DNA of 11,863 bases from a bacterium (GCA_046757165.1 JBHHXT010000152.1:1-11863), one strand, 5' to 3'; counted from the first letter of the stretch, positions 1-8,264 are shown. Translations and numbers: made by a program. The notes: generated by a model not told the origin, from the letters alone.

Positions 1-52
1 GCCGAGTTTTTCGAGGATTTTGTAGTGGAGGATTGTTTTGCCGAGCATTGTG

Positions 53-577
53 CTATGCCATTTGTTCCAAAAGCTCAGGTATGTCCATGACCCGGCAAAT
101 TTTTGTATCGTGCCGTGTTTCGACGCGATCCCCGCCATAGATTACGGCTTTCCCGAACGGTAATTCCGGAACAGCCTTATCAAACACTCGTAGCCCCTTA
201 AAAAAATCCGCAGCCACCGTTTCACCAGCTTTGACCTCAATGGGTAGAATGTGCTGCCCAACTCGATAAATTATATCCACCTCATTGCCGCGACTGTCGC
301 GGTAGAAATTGAGGTTATTTCGCTTTCCTTGATTGTACCTGAATTTCAGAATTTCCATCAAGACGAGATTCTCAAATAGATTGCCCCGCAAAGGATGGTT
401 TTCAACGTGTGAGATATTCTCGATTCCAAGAAGATAGCTTGCAAGTCCAATATCAAAAAAATACAGTTTTGGCGACTTCACCAGTCGTTTGCTGATATTG
501 AGATAATAGGGCTCGAGCAAGAATACAATATAACTTGCTTCGAGTAAGGTGAGCCATTCTTTGGCAGTGGTATGAGA
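53..577 (-). pseudogene. 5'-truncated AAA+ ATPase/DUF4143 family gene (C-terminal half only)
   Basis: From about aa 37 of ORF 53..685 the translation (SHTTAKEWLTLLEASYIVFLLEPY...KRLVKSPKLYFFDIGLA...GNLFENLV...FYRDSRGNEVDII...PIEVKAG) matches the DUF4143 and PD-(D/E)xK-like tail of AAA_14 ATPases. The upstream 36 aa look non-coding and contain no Walker A/B. Confidence 0.8.
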
Positions 578-579
578 AA

Positions 580-631
580 AAGTTAACCGGCCTTTGCACA
601 AAATGCAAGTAAAACCTTCAAATTGTGCAAA
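580..631 (-). promoter_or_regulatory. Putative sigma70 promoter with overlapping inverted repeat
   Basis: Minus strand TTGCAT (608-603), 17 nt spacer, TAACTT (585-580). The 9-bp inverted repeat TTTGCACAA (593-601)/TTGTGCAAA (623-631) flanks the -35. Confidence 0.4.
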
Positions 632-1032
632 TCGTCTCCTGGTATTTGTCCTACCGGTCATTTGCTTTCCATAACCAATTCCCATTATCTGACAGTGGTC
701 GACTTGGTGCTTCGGAAGCGAGAAATCGCTGTTTCAAAGCCACGCATTTCGCCGGGCAATATACTCTTGCCACGGCAGAATTTTGCCCCGTGCAGATCAA
801 ATGCGTTCGCGGTGGCACGTGCAGAGACCTTAGATGGGTTTGCGGCGTTCGCGGGCACCCGGGAGATACCGGGCAGGCGGAGGGCAGGGGCTAGACGCGC
901 AACGAATTCTGGCATTTCCCCACAATCGCCCCGTCCCGTGTCATCCTCTCGGTTTTCACCGGGCCGGCCGGTATTACCAAGAACGGCAAAAGAACAATGA
1001 AATGCAAATATATTCTCAAAAGTTGTCCCCAG

Positions 1033-1065
1033 ACGTGCGACACACTTTTGAAGTGCGTCGCACGT
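1033..1065. repeat. REP-like palindrome / possible terminator hairpin downstream of the methyltransferase
   Basis: ACGTGCGACACACTT-ttg-AAGTGCGTCGCACGT: 15-bp stem with one mismatch (G-U in minus-strand RNA), 30 nt past the stop at 1096. Confidence 0.65.
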
Positions 1066-1095
1066 TCCTGATTTGTTGCAGGCTGGAAGCGTGTG

Positions 1096-2109
1096 CTACT
1101 TGAACCCGATCACCATAGAATCCGGTCCAACCAAATGTTCGACCCGCGTTTCTTTGAAGCCGATTTCTTGCATCCAGCCGGTGCAGTCCGCGCCGGTGTA
1201 GTCGAAGCCGCCCGGTGTTTCGATCAGCATGTTCAGGCTCATGACGAGGCCAAAGGCGTTTTTTGAGCGCGCATCGTCGATGATGGCGTCGTAGACCACG
1301 AGGGCGCCGCCCTCAGGCAGCGCTTCATACGCCTTGCGAATAAGCTGCTTCTTTTCTTGCAGGTTCCAGTCATGCAGAATGTGTCCCATCAGCAGGACAT
1401 CGGCATGGGGTAAAGGCTGGTTGAAGAAGTCGCCGCCGACAAACCGGAGCCGCTCAGAAAGGCCGTTCTGAAGGGCGTACTCTTCGAAGATGGGTTGCAC
1501 CTCGGGAAGATCGAATCCGATGCCGGAGAGGTGTGGCTGCGCCAGGGCGATCTGGACCGCCAAATCTCCCTGCGCCGTTCCGATATCCGCAAAGTGCTTG
1601 TAGTCTTGCCAGGGGAAGGTGTTGGCGATCGCCACATTGGCGCCCCGGCTGACCCCGGTCATGGCTGCCAGGAACTCTTTCAAGCGTGCGGGATCGGCAT
1701 ACAGGGTGGCAAAAAGCGGCTCGCCGCTGCTTCTTAGCTCGTTTTGGGGTTGGCCGGTTCGCAGCGCTTCGGTCAGATGGTTCCAGAACCCATAAAGACG
1801 GTGGTTGGCCATTTCCAGCAGCCCGCCAATGTAGGATGGTTTCTTCTTGTCCAGAAAAAGGTCGGTTTCCGGCGTGTTTTGGTATTTGCCGTCGGCTTTT
1901 TGCAGGAACCCCATGGCCACCAGAGCGTCCAGGAAATCCCGTGTCCCACGTGGATGGAGACCGAGGGCTTCTCCCAGCGCTTCCCCTGTCATTGCCGCAC
2001 CGCCGAGTTTGGTGAACACCTCGAGCTCGACTGCGGTAAGCAGGACCTTCGAGCCCCAAAAGCCGAACCCGACTTCGAGAATGTGTGATGGATCTGGTTT
2101 GTTGTTCAT
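1096..2109 (-). CDS. SAM-dependent O-methyltransferase (Methyltransf_2 plus dimerisation domain; ASMT/COMT-like)
   Basis: N-terminal '[14 protein letters not shown]' dimerisation helix, DIGTAQG SAM motif, FDLP, GGDFF, GHILHDW. GGAGG lies 8 nt before ATG 2109; alternative start 2124. Confidence 0.93.
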   Translation of the reverse strand: MNNKPDPSHILEVGFGFWGSKVLLTAVELEVFTKLGGAAMTGEALGEALGLHPRGTRDFLDALVAMGFLQKADGKYQNTPETDLFLDKKKPSYIGGLLEMANHRLYGFWNHLTEALRTGQPQNELRSSGEPLFATLYADPARLKEFLAAMTGVSRGANVAIANTFPWQDYKHFADIGTAQGDLAVQIALAQPHLSGIGFDLPEVQPIFEEYALQNGLSERLRFVGGDFFNQPLPHADVLLMGHILHDWNLQEKKQLIRKAYEALPEGGALVVYDAIIDDARSKNAFGLVMSLNMLIETPGGFDYTGADCTGWMQEIGFKETRVEHLVGPDSMVIGFK

Positions 2110-2208
2110 CGTATTTTCCTCCATGATTTGTTAGGAACGTGTGAGCAACAGGTTCTCTGTGCTCCAAAATCATTTCATACCTGCTGAAAAGCTCAGTGCA
2201 GACCTGTA

Positions 2209-2268
2209 TGCACAGGGGATTGAGACAGGGTAGGAGAGAAACCTGCCTCTACCCGAATTCACCCTGTG
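2209..2268. repeat. Degenerate GTAG-type REP-like nested palindrome
   Basis: GGGTAGG...AAACCTGCCTCTACCC (2228-2254) is nested inside the inverted arms CACAGGG (2211-2217)/CCCTGTG (2262-2268). Confidence 0.35.
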
Positions 2269-2309
2269 ATGCCTGCAGGCGACATGACTATCATCGTCCT
2301 TTTCTGCCG

Positions 2310-2392
2310 CTGATTGAACGGATTATCACGGACTTTTCTTTGCTGGCTTACAAAATCCGCGTAAATCCGTTCGATCCGTCTAATCCGTGTTC
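2310..2392. repeat. Inverted array of ~9-10-nt (A)CGGAT/ATCCG units (REP/MITE-like intergenic repeat)
   Basis: ATCCG at 2355, 2365, 2374 and 2383 faces CTGAT/CGGAT/CGGAC at 2310, 2319 and 2329. GAACGGATT pairs perfectly with AATCCGTTC. Confidence 0.65.
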
Positions 2393-3486
2393 TGTTTTTC
2401 GCTGGCATCATCAAGAATTTCTGCCAGAATCGGCATCAAATTTTCCGTGAACCGGGTGGCATCGTCGTCGGTCAGGTGCGACCACTCCGGACAACGAAAG
2501 TCCGACAGTGTCGGATGGTCTTCGAAATGGATGCCGGGAGCGCCGGTGCGCGCCAGGATTGTTTCCCAGAACACCGGCCTGGGGCTGAACCGGGCTTCCA
2601 TTTCCCGCAGTGTGCCGCTCGATGGGCAGCGGATGAAAACGACCCGGCCGCCGCGATTTCGAATTTTGTCAACCGCATCGCGGGTTCGCTCCAGGTAACT
2701 TTCCACGGACGCCATGTACATTTCCTTGAATGTTTCAGGCGCCATTCCCGGTGGCGGCGGTGGTGGTGTGAACAAAGGAATCCAGATTTGCTGAATTCTG
2801 TGCGCCCGCGGCGTGTCAAAAGTGGCGCCTTCCCACAACCGGGCCCGGCGGTCGCTGGTCATCCACTGGAAATAGGGTGGCAGAGCAGGGGGGATTTGGG
2901 CATTCGCCCGGTTAGGGATGTCAAGGGATGCAAGAAGTTGGTTCAGCGTCAAATCCTCTTGCTGAAGAAAAGCCAGGCGTTTCTCGAGCTGAACGCCTAA
3001 CCAGGTCCCGGAACGCTGGGAGGGCGCCCACTGTTTGTATCTATTGATGGCATTCTTGGCCCATTCAACCGGCGGCCCCTCCGGAACAAAAAAGAGTCCT
3101 GGAACCACGCCGCACAATACCGTCCCGATGAACGATTGGTCATCAGCCAGATGTTCCAAAATCAACAGGGGAGTGCTGCCAGCCACAGCGAGCTGGATGG
3201 GGGGTTCAGTTTTAAAGTATCGTGCGTAGACGTCCAGATCGAAATCAAACAGCATTCGTGATGAGCCAACAAGCACGGTCCTCCCGGGCCGGGAGTCTTT
3301 TAGCTGCGTACGGGCCGCGGCCCACAAATCGGTCGTGTCGTTGAGCGTGGGCGCATAACCCGCGTTTCGCCAGTAGGCTTCCCAACCGCCGAGAAGCGCC
3401 AAAGTGAGGAGCAGCGTCGCCCCAAAATATGCTGCCCAATTCCCGCCGGGAATCGCACGCTCAAAATTGGAAGTAGATGAAGGCAT
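2380..3486 (-). CDS. Membrane-anchored SGNH-like protein, AlgJ/DltD-like partner of the MBOAT
   Basis: 368-aa ORF with one N-terminal TM helix, block-I-like 'VLVGSSR' and C-terminal 'CPEWSHL' (DxxH-like). Its start overlaps the MBOAT 3' end by 26 nt. Confidence 0.8.
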   Translation of the reverse strand: MPSSTSNFERAIPGGNWAAYFGATLLLTLALLGGWEAYWRNAGYAPTLNDTTDLWAAARTQLKDSRPGRTVLVGSSRMLFDFDLDVYARYFKTEPPIQLAVAGSTPLLILEHLADDQSFIGTVLCGVVPGLFFVPEGPPVEWAKNAINRYKQWAPSQRSGTWLGVQLEKRLAFLQQEDLTLNQLLASLDIPNRANAQIPPALPPYFQWMTSDRRARLWEGATFDTPRAHRIQQIWIPLFTPPPPPPGMAPETFKEMYMASVESYLERTRDAVDKIRNRGGRVVFIRCPSSGTLREMEARFSPRPVFWETILARTGAPGIHFEDHPTLSDFRCPEWSHLTDDDATRFTENLMPILAEILDDASEKQNTD

Positions 3487-4885
3487 TTCCCCCTCCTTGT
3501 GTTATGATCAAAAGAAAAAGCATGGCCGTCCATGCTGCAGTTCGAAGCCAGCCTGGCGCCCGTGACATCGCTTCCTCCAGATTGATGGCCCGCTGGGTCA
3601 GGTGCACGCCCACCAGAGCGGATACCACCACGACAATCTTCAAGATACTGAGCGTCGTCAGAATCTGAGCGCCCGGTCCTGCGAGTCCCAGCATGGAAGC
3701 GATAATGAGACCGGCAGAAGAGAAGTCGACAGCGCGAAAGAAGACCCAGGTCATGTTGATCAGAAAATAAGTCAGGACCCAAAAGAAGACTCGAGCGCTC
3801 ATGGAGCGAACCCAGGCAACGTCCGCGAAGCGACGCCGCAGGCCCCTCTCGACGATAAGAAACAGACCGTGAAGCCCTCCCCACGCGACAAACGTCCATG
3901 AAGCGCCATGCCACAGGCCACCGATCAGCATGACCATCATCAGGTTGACCACGGTGCGGAGTTCGCCTGCGCGATTTCCGCCAAGGGGAAAATAGAGATA
4001 GTCCCGCAGCCAGGTTGACAGAGAAATGTGCCATCGCCGCCAAAAATCTGAAAACCCGATGGCAGCGTACGGGACGCGAAAATTGTCGGGCAGCGAGAAG
4101 CCGAAACACAGGGCCACACCGATGGCGCACGTCGAGTAGCCGGAAAAATCAAAAAAGATTTGCCCGGAAAAAGCCAGGACACCAAGCCAGGCATCGAGCG
4201 CATGCAGTGCTCCGCCGGTAAAGCCAAATACGGCCTCGGCTGCGGGCGCTAACATGGCGTCGGCTAACACCACTTTTTGAAAAAGCCCCAGGGACATCAT
4301 GAACAATCCCCAGAAGAATTGTTGTGCCGTCGCCCGTTTCGGCGCCTCGCATTGCGGGATAAAATGGGTTGCGCGCACGATGGGCCCGGCGACCAGTTGC
4401 GGGAAAAAGGTGACGTACAAAGCGAAATCGAGAAAGGACCTGGCAGGGTGGGCGCGTTTGTGATAAACGTCCAGTGTGTAAGACAAGGTCTGGAACGTGT
4501 AGAATGAAATGCCTACGGGCAATATGATGTCCGGTTTTGCGGCCTGAAACTCTGCGCCGTAGAAGCCCACAAGAGTCGTAAAGTTTTCGAGAAAAAAGCC
4601 GCCATATTTGAAGAAAGCCAGGAGGCCCAGATTGGCGGTCAAACTCAGCAACAGATAAAGAATACGCTTGCCCCTCACTCTTTCGGTTTCCAGACGATTG
4701 GCTGCGAACCAGTCGATCATCGTCGAAATCCAGAGAAGGATCACGAACGGTGGATTCCAGGCAGCATAGAACAGATAACTGCCGATGAGAAGAATGAACT
4801 TTCGTGCCTTCCACGATCGGATAGTGTAGTGCAGGCCGACCAGGACGAGAAAAAAAACGATAAAGGTGAGTGAGTTGAAAATCAT
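3461..4885 (-). CDS. MBOAT family O-acyltransferase (AlgI/DltB-like)
   Basis: Motifs LPVGISFYTFQTLSY, FFPQLVAGPIVRA, QIFFDFSGYS, FWRRWHISLSTWLRDYLY, GLWHGA (catalytic His) and C-terminal FIYFQF. Confidence 0.96.
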   Translation of the reverse strand: MIFNSLTFIVFFLVLVGLHYTIRSWKARKFILLIGSYLFYAAWNPPFVILLWISTMIDWFAANRLETERVRGKRILYLLLSLTANLGLLAFFKYGGFFLENFTTLVGFYGAEFQAAKPDIILPVGISFYTFQTLSYTLDVYHKRAHPARSFLDFALYVTFFPQLVAGPIVRATHFIPQCEAPKRATAQQFFWGLFMMSLGLFQKVVLADAMLAPAAEAVFGFTGGALHALDAWLGVLAFSGQIFFDFSGYSTCAIGVALCFGFSLPDNFRVPYAAIGFSDFWRRWHISLSTWLRDYLYFPLGGNRAGELRTVVNLMMVMLIGGLWHGASWTFVAWGGLHGLFLIVERGLRRRFADVAWVRSMSARVFFWVLTYFLINMTWVFFRAVDFSSAGLIIASMLGLAGPGAQILTTLSILKIVVVVSALVGVHLTQRAINLEEAMSRAPGWLRTAAWTAMLFLLIITQGGGNAFIYFQF

Positions 4886-5000
4886 CTTGCAGGTTTTCCT
4901 CCTTTTTATTTCTGTCTAGGCGCTTGGCGCCAGACATCGACAAAGTGTTGGCGATAATTGAACGAGAGACCACCTCCATTTAATTGCAGTTTATCACTCT

Positions 5001-5171
5001 TCAGCCTTTGCTCCGTGTTGGCCCCGAGCATGCGGGCAGGTCAAAATTGTAGCCATTCCCCCTTGTGGGGAATTCCGCGCACGCAACCCACTGGGGAATA
5101 AGGTACAAGAAGACTCCCAGAAAAAGCGCGGACGCAACAATACGGGATGAAAGTAAGGTTGTTCTACCCAT
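5001..5171 (-). other. Possible 56-aa small ORF or remnant of a secreted-protein gene
   Basis: ATG 5171 follows an AG-rich stretch. MGRTTLLSSRIVASALFLGVFLYLIPQWVACA resembles a signal peptide, followed by an early stop. Confidence 0.25.
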
Positions 5172-5209
5172 GAGATCTTCTCTTTTTGGGGTTAGTGATA
5201 TAGGAACAC

Positions 5210-5599
5210 TTATGGATTGATAATCTCGGCCGTATCCACAGCTACGAAAAAGTGAGCCAGCTTGCCGTTTTTGACGGTCCACACATGGGTGGCGTTGGCC
5301 TTGAATGGCTTGCCGGTTTCTTTGTACACGCCTAGGTAATGCCCGACCATGACCACTTTTTCTCCGCTTCCGAACAACTCCTGGATAGCGATGCTGAACC
5401 CGTTGTAGTGTGTCGGCAGTTGGGACAACACCCCCTGCACAATCGCTTCCGGATCTTTGAAAACCCCGTCGCCTTCGATGAATGGGAATCCCTGGCACTC
5501 CTGCCAGATGATATCCGGATGAAACAGTTCGCGAAGCGCATCAAGCTTGCCTTCCGAAAAGTGTTGGTATCCCTTTTGAACGAGCTCCACGTTGTTCAT
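5210..5599 (-). CDS. SnoaL-like / NTF2-family protein
   Basis: 129 aa with 'NVELVQKGYQHF..G.LDAL..LFHPDIIW', 'GEKVVMVGHY.G' and 'HVWTVKNGK'. AAGGAG precedes ATG 5599. Confidence 0.9.
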   Translation of the reverse strand: MNNVELVQKGYQHFSEGKLDALRELFHPDIIWQECQGFPFIEGDGVFKDPEAIVQGVLSQLPTHYNGFSIAIQELFGSGEKVVMVGHYLGVYKETGKPFKANATHVWTVKNGKLAHFFVAVDTAEIINP

Positions 5600-5633
5600 G
5601 ATCAAATCTCCTTGCTTGGGTTGGGGAAAGCTC

Positions 5634-6629
5634 TTAGCCGAGCTCGAACATGGTGATGGATTCAGGCAGGCTGCCCGCGATTTCGGCGATTTCGCTCTCG
5701 TTCAGACGGAAATCCATAGCGCCAACGATGCCGTCCACCTGGTCAGCCCGGCGCGCGCCGACAATGGCTCCGGTTACCGCCGGATGGTGCAGCGTCCAGG
5801 CGATAGCCACCTCAGCGGGTGATTTCCCATGACTCTGACCAATCCCGCGCAGCAGCTCGACCAGCTCGAGGTTGCGGGACAGGTGCGGTTCGCGGAAGGC
5901 CGGATTAATCTTTACACGCCAGTCGGAGACCGGAAGAGAAGCGATGCGCTCGCGGGTCATTTTGCCGGTGAGCAGGCCATTGTGCATCGGCGAATACACG
6001 ATCACGCCGATGTTGTGCTGCTTGCAGAAGGGCAGGATTTCGTCTTCTACATCGCGCATCAGCATGGAGTAGGGAGGCTGCAGTGAGGTGATGGGGGCGA
6101 TGCCTTGCGCCCGCTCCATCTGGGCGACGTCGAAGTTGGACACGCCGATTGCTCTGACTTTCCCCTGTTCCTCGAGTTTGTTCAACTCGCTCCAGGCTTC
6201 CTCGATGTCCGGATCCGGACTGCCGGGAGGGAAGGTGGGCCAATGGATTTGGTACAGATCGAGCACATCCACCTGCAAGCGGCGCAGGCTGTCTTCGACT
6301 TCCCTGCGGATCGAATCGGCCTTCATATGATGCCGGAAGTTCTTGCCTTCATCCCAAATGAGGCTGCACTTTGTGAACACGTACGGCCGGTCAGCGCTGC
6401 CGATGTCCTTCAGTGCTTGTGCCACGATTTCCTCTGCGTGACCAAATCCGTAGATCGCTGCGGTGTCAATCCAGTTAAGGCCGCGCTCTACGGATTGGCG
6501 AATGGCAGCGATGGATTGTGCGTCATCCTGCGGTCCCCAGCCCATCGCGCCTTCGCCGCCGATAGCCCAGGTACCCAACCCGACCGGGGTGATATTCAGG
6601 TCCGAGTTGCCGAGTTGCCTTAAGGTCAT
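5634..6629 (-). CDS. Aldo/keto reductase
   Basis: GLGTWAIGG, IDTAAIYG (Asp/Tyr), FTKC (Lys), DLYQIHWP (His), IGVSNF, YSPM..GLLTGK. AAGGAG precedes ATG 6629; the ORF-track extension to 6791 is not supported. Confidence 0.96.
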   Translation of the reverse strand: MTLRQLGNSDLNITPVGLGTWAIGGEGAMGWGPQDDAQSIAAIRQSVERGLNWIDTAAIYGFGHAEEIVAQALKDIGSADRPYVFTKCSLIWDEGKNFRHHMKADSIRREVEDSLRRLQVDVLDLYQIHWPTFPPGSPDPDIEEAWSELNKLEEQGKVRAIGVSNFDVAQMERAQGIAPITSLQPPYSMLMRDVEDEILPFCKQHNIGVIVYSPMHNGLLTGKMTRERIASLPVSDWRVKINPAFREPHLSRNLELVELLRGIGQSHGKSPAEVAIAWTLHHPAVTGAIVGARRADQVDGIVGAMDFRLNESEIAEIAGSLPESITMFELG

Positions 6630-6668
6630 GGTTTGCTCCTTATTGAATCGTAAGAAAGTCGGAAGGAT

Positions 6669-6708
6669 GAAACAGGGCGTCAAGCATAATGAATAGACGC
6701 CCTGTTTC
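6669..6708 (-). terminator. Perfect 13-bp intergenic hairpin (terminator or mRNA-processing stem)
   Basis: GAAACAGGGCGTC (6669-6681), 14-nt loop, GACGCCCTGTTTC (6696-6708), 25 nt downstream of the stop at 6734. The U-tail is weak. Confidence 0.6.
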
Positions 6709-6733
6709 TGGGAGGCTTGCGTACCATCAAGTT

Positions 6734-7516
6734 CTAATTTGTGCCAGACAACGGCAGGCTGCTGTTCCAAATGTCCGTATGCAGCTTCCACCCACCGTCG
6801 GCCTGCTGTTTCCAGACCGCCAAATACTTCCCCGAGTCTGTCATAGCAGCTTGTCCCTCTGGCGCGATCTTGAGCGTGTAGGTCCCGTTCTCGTAGGCCG
6901 TGTCGCCGCTGCCATCCACGGAGACGGTGGTCAAAGTCAGGTCTTTCAGCCCCGCGGTAAAGCCGCTCTGCATAAAGCTCTGTATGGCCTCCCTGCCCTG
7001 GAGCACCTCGCTGTTCGGCGGTCCGACGCGGGCCTTTTCGGTGTAAAGGGCCGCCACGCCTGCGGCGTCCCCGCGATTGAACGCGGCCATGAACTTCGCG
7101 TTTTCCGCCTCGATAGCTGTGCGCAGGGTTGCCGCATCGTGTTTCCCCTTCATCTCCACCAGCACGACCTCCATGGGTTGGTCACCCGTGTTTTGCGGCA
7201 GATGTTGTCCCGCAGGGGTCCAGATTGCTTGTCCTGTCTTACCGATGGTGTCGATAGCTTCTCCGTTAGGCAAAGAAAATTTCACCTGGTTATCGGACAT
7301 AAACACCGCCACGGCGTCCGGGTGATAATGCATGACAGATTTTTCCCCGGCGCCGTAGGTGATGCGCACGACCCGCACCTGGTCGTTCTCGAACACGACC
7401 TTGTAGTGTTGCGCATCGACTTTGGTCGGGTCCTGGGCTGATGCCGTTTCGACGGAAAAGCCGACAAGCAAGGCTGCCAACAGACCTGGCAGAAACAGAC
7501 GAATGGTTTCCTTCAT
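6734..7516 (-). CDS. Secreted cupin-domain plus DUF4440 (SnoaL-like) fusion protein
   Basis: Signal peptide ending ASA-Q; cupin 'HYKVVFENDQVRV...MHYHP...H.PQN.G....VVLVEMK'; then 'IEAENAKFMAAFNRGDAAGVAALY...GKYLAVWKQQADGGWKL..DIWNS'. AAGGAGG RBS. Confidence 0.88.
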   Translation of the reverse strand: MKETIRLFLPGLLAALLVGFSVETASAQDPTKVDAQHYKVVFENDQVRVVRITYGAGEKSVMHYHPDAVAVFMSDNQVKFSLPNGEAIDTIGKTGQAIWTPAGQHLPQNTGDQPMEVVLVEMKGKHDAATLRTAIEAENAKFMAAFNRGDAAGVAALYTEKARVGPPNSEVLQGREAIQSFMQSGFTAGLKDLTLTTVSVDGSGDTAYENGTYTLKIAPEGQAAMTDSGKYLAVWKQQADGGWKLHTDIWNSSLPLSGTN

Positions 7517-7639
7517 GATAATGCCTCCTTAAAGGACTTGGGTGAAAAGGCTGTGAGCAGATATGATTTGATCATGTGAAATGATTTGTCTGCTCGCAAT
7601 CAAAATAGGGAAAAAGCAGGTGTGGGAAATATCACAAAA

Positions 7640-7670
7640 CGGACAAATGCTGTAAGATTTCGGCCAAATG
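7640..7670. promoter_or_regulatory. Direct-repeat pair with 21-bp period (putative activator site)
   Basis: CGGACAAATG (7640-7649) and CGGCCAAATG (7661-7670) lie in the divergent intergenic region. Confidence 0.35.
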
Positions 7671-7799
7671 GTGGGAAAATCGGAGGTAACTAGGTAGTTA
7701 TGCACGGGGACAAGAAGATTTCCTAGAGAATCTGGAAGTATTACAGCGTATTTACACAGACTTCAAGAAACATTTAGCTGTGGAATAGGTGTTCATTTT

Positions 7800-8186
7800 A
7801 TGAAAAATGTGCAAATTGACAAGCTTTTCGTGTTTGGTGACGGGGATAATATCAGGCACAAAATAGAGTCCCTTCGGTTTGAAAACAAGCTAGGTGAGTT
7901 GCATAACTTCTCAGAAAGCTTGACAACAACCATTAGCCGACTGGAAAAAATGGTTGCGGCTGATTTGGGTGGCGAGGTTCTTATGGCAGGAGGGGACGAT
8001 ATCCTGTTTCTGATCGATAAGAAAAGCTACGAGAAGAGGGATATCGAACAGCTTATGAGGGTATTTCGGAAAGAAACCGGATGTACGATCTCCTTTGGGG
8101 TTGGTAGGAACCTGGAACAGGCATATATGAATCTCGTAAAAGCCAAGGCGAACGGAAAGAACAAAATCGTGGACGATGAACTCTAG
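7800..8186 (+). CDS. Stand-alone mCpol (minimal CRISPR polymerase)-like palm-domain nucleotidyltransferase
   Basis: 128 aa with N-terminal strand 'FVFGDGDNI', 'GGEVLMAGGDDILF' and 'TISFGVG..L.QAY..L..AKA.GKN.I'. It lacks the D-x-LTGL-x-NR and FK-x-x-ND-x-x-GH signatures of true GGDEF cyclases. Confidence 0.82.
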   Translation: MKNVQIDKLFVFGDGDNIRHKIESLRFENKLGELHNFSESLTTTISRLEKMVAADLGGEVLMAGGDDILFLIDKKSYEKRDIEQLMRVFRKETGCTISFGVGRNLEQAYMNLVKAKANGKNKIVDDEL

Positions 8187-8264
8187 GCACATGAACTTCC
8201 AGGCTCTTGCCCACACTGCCAAACGACTGCAGGCGACCAGAGCTTTTTCATGAATTGGCTCGGG

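Noticed and set aside
715..727. 13-nt match GAAGCGAGAAATC to 11805-11817
   Set aside because: Flanks do not align; probably chance or a very decayed repeat, not element ends.
2130..2300. SAM riboswitch upstream of the methyltransferase
   Set aside because: Hairpins exist, but I could not find SAM-I/II consensus elements; it looks more like a REP-derived palindrome.
2352..2392. CRISPR array
   Set aside because: Units are only 9-10 nt with no unique spacers.
6630..6791. 54-aa N-terminal extension of the aldo-keto reductase
   Set aside because: It overlaps the upstream gene and hairpin; a strong RBS and the family start are at 6629.
1454..7441. Long alternative-frame and antisense ORFs (e.g. 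1454..2173, 3300..4130, 4149..4979, 6689..7441)
   Set aside because: They are shadows of well-supported genes in GC-rich DNA, with no recognisable motifs.
7800..8186. Diguanylate cyclase or Cas10/CRISPR locus
   Set aside because: Too short, lacks the GGDEF guanine-binding signatures, and no cas genes or repeat-spacer array are in the window.
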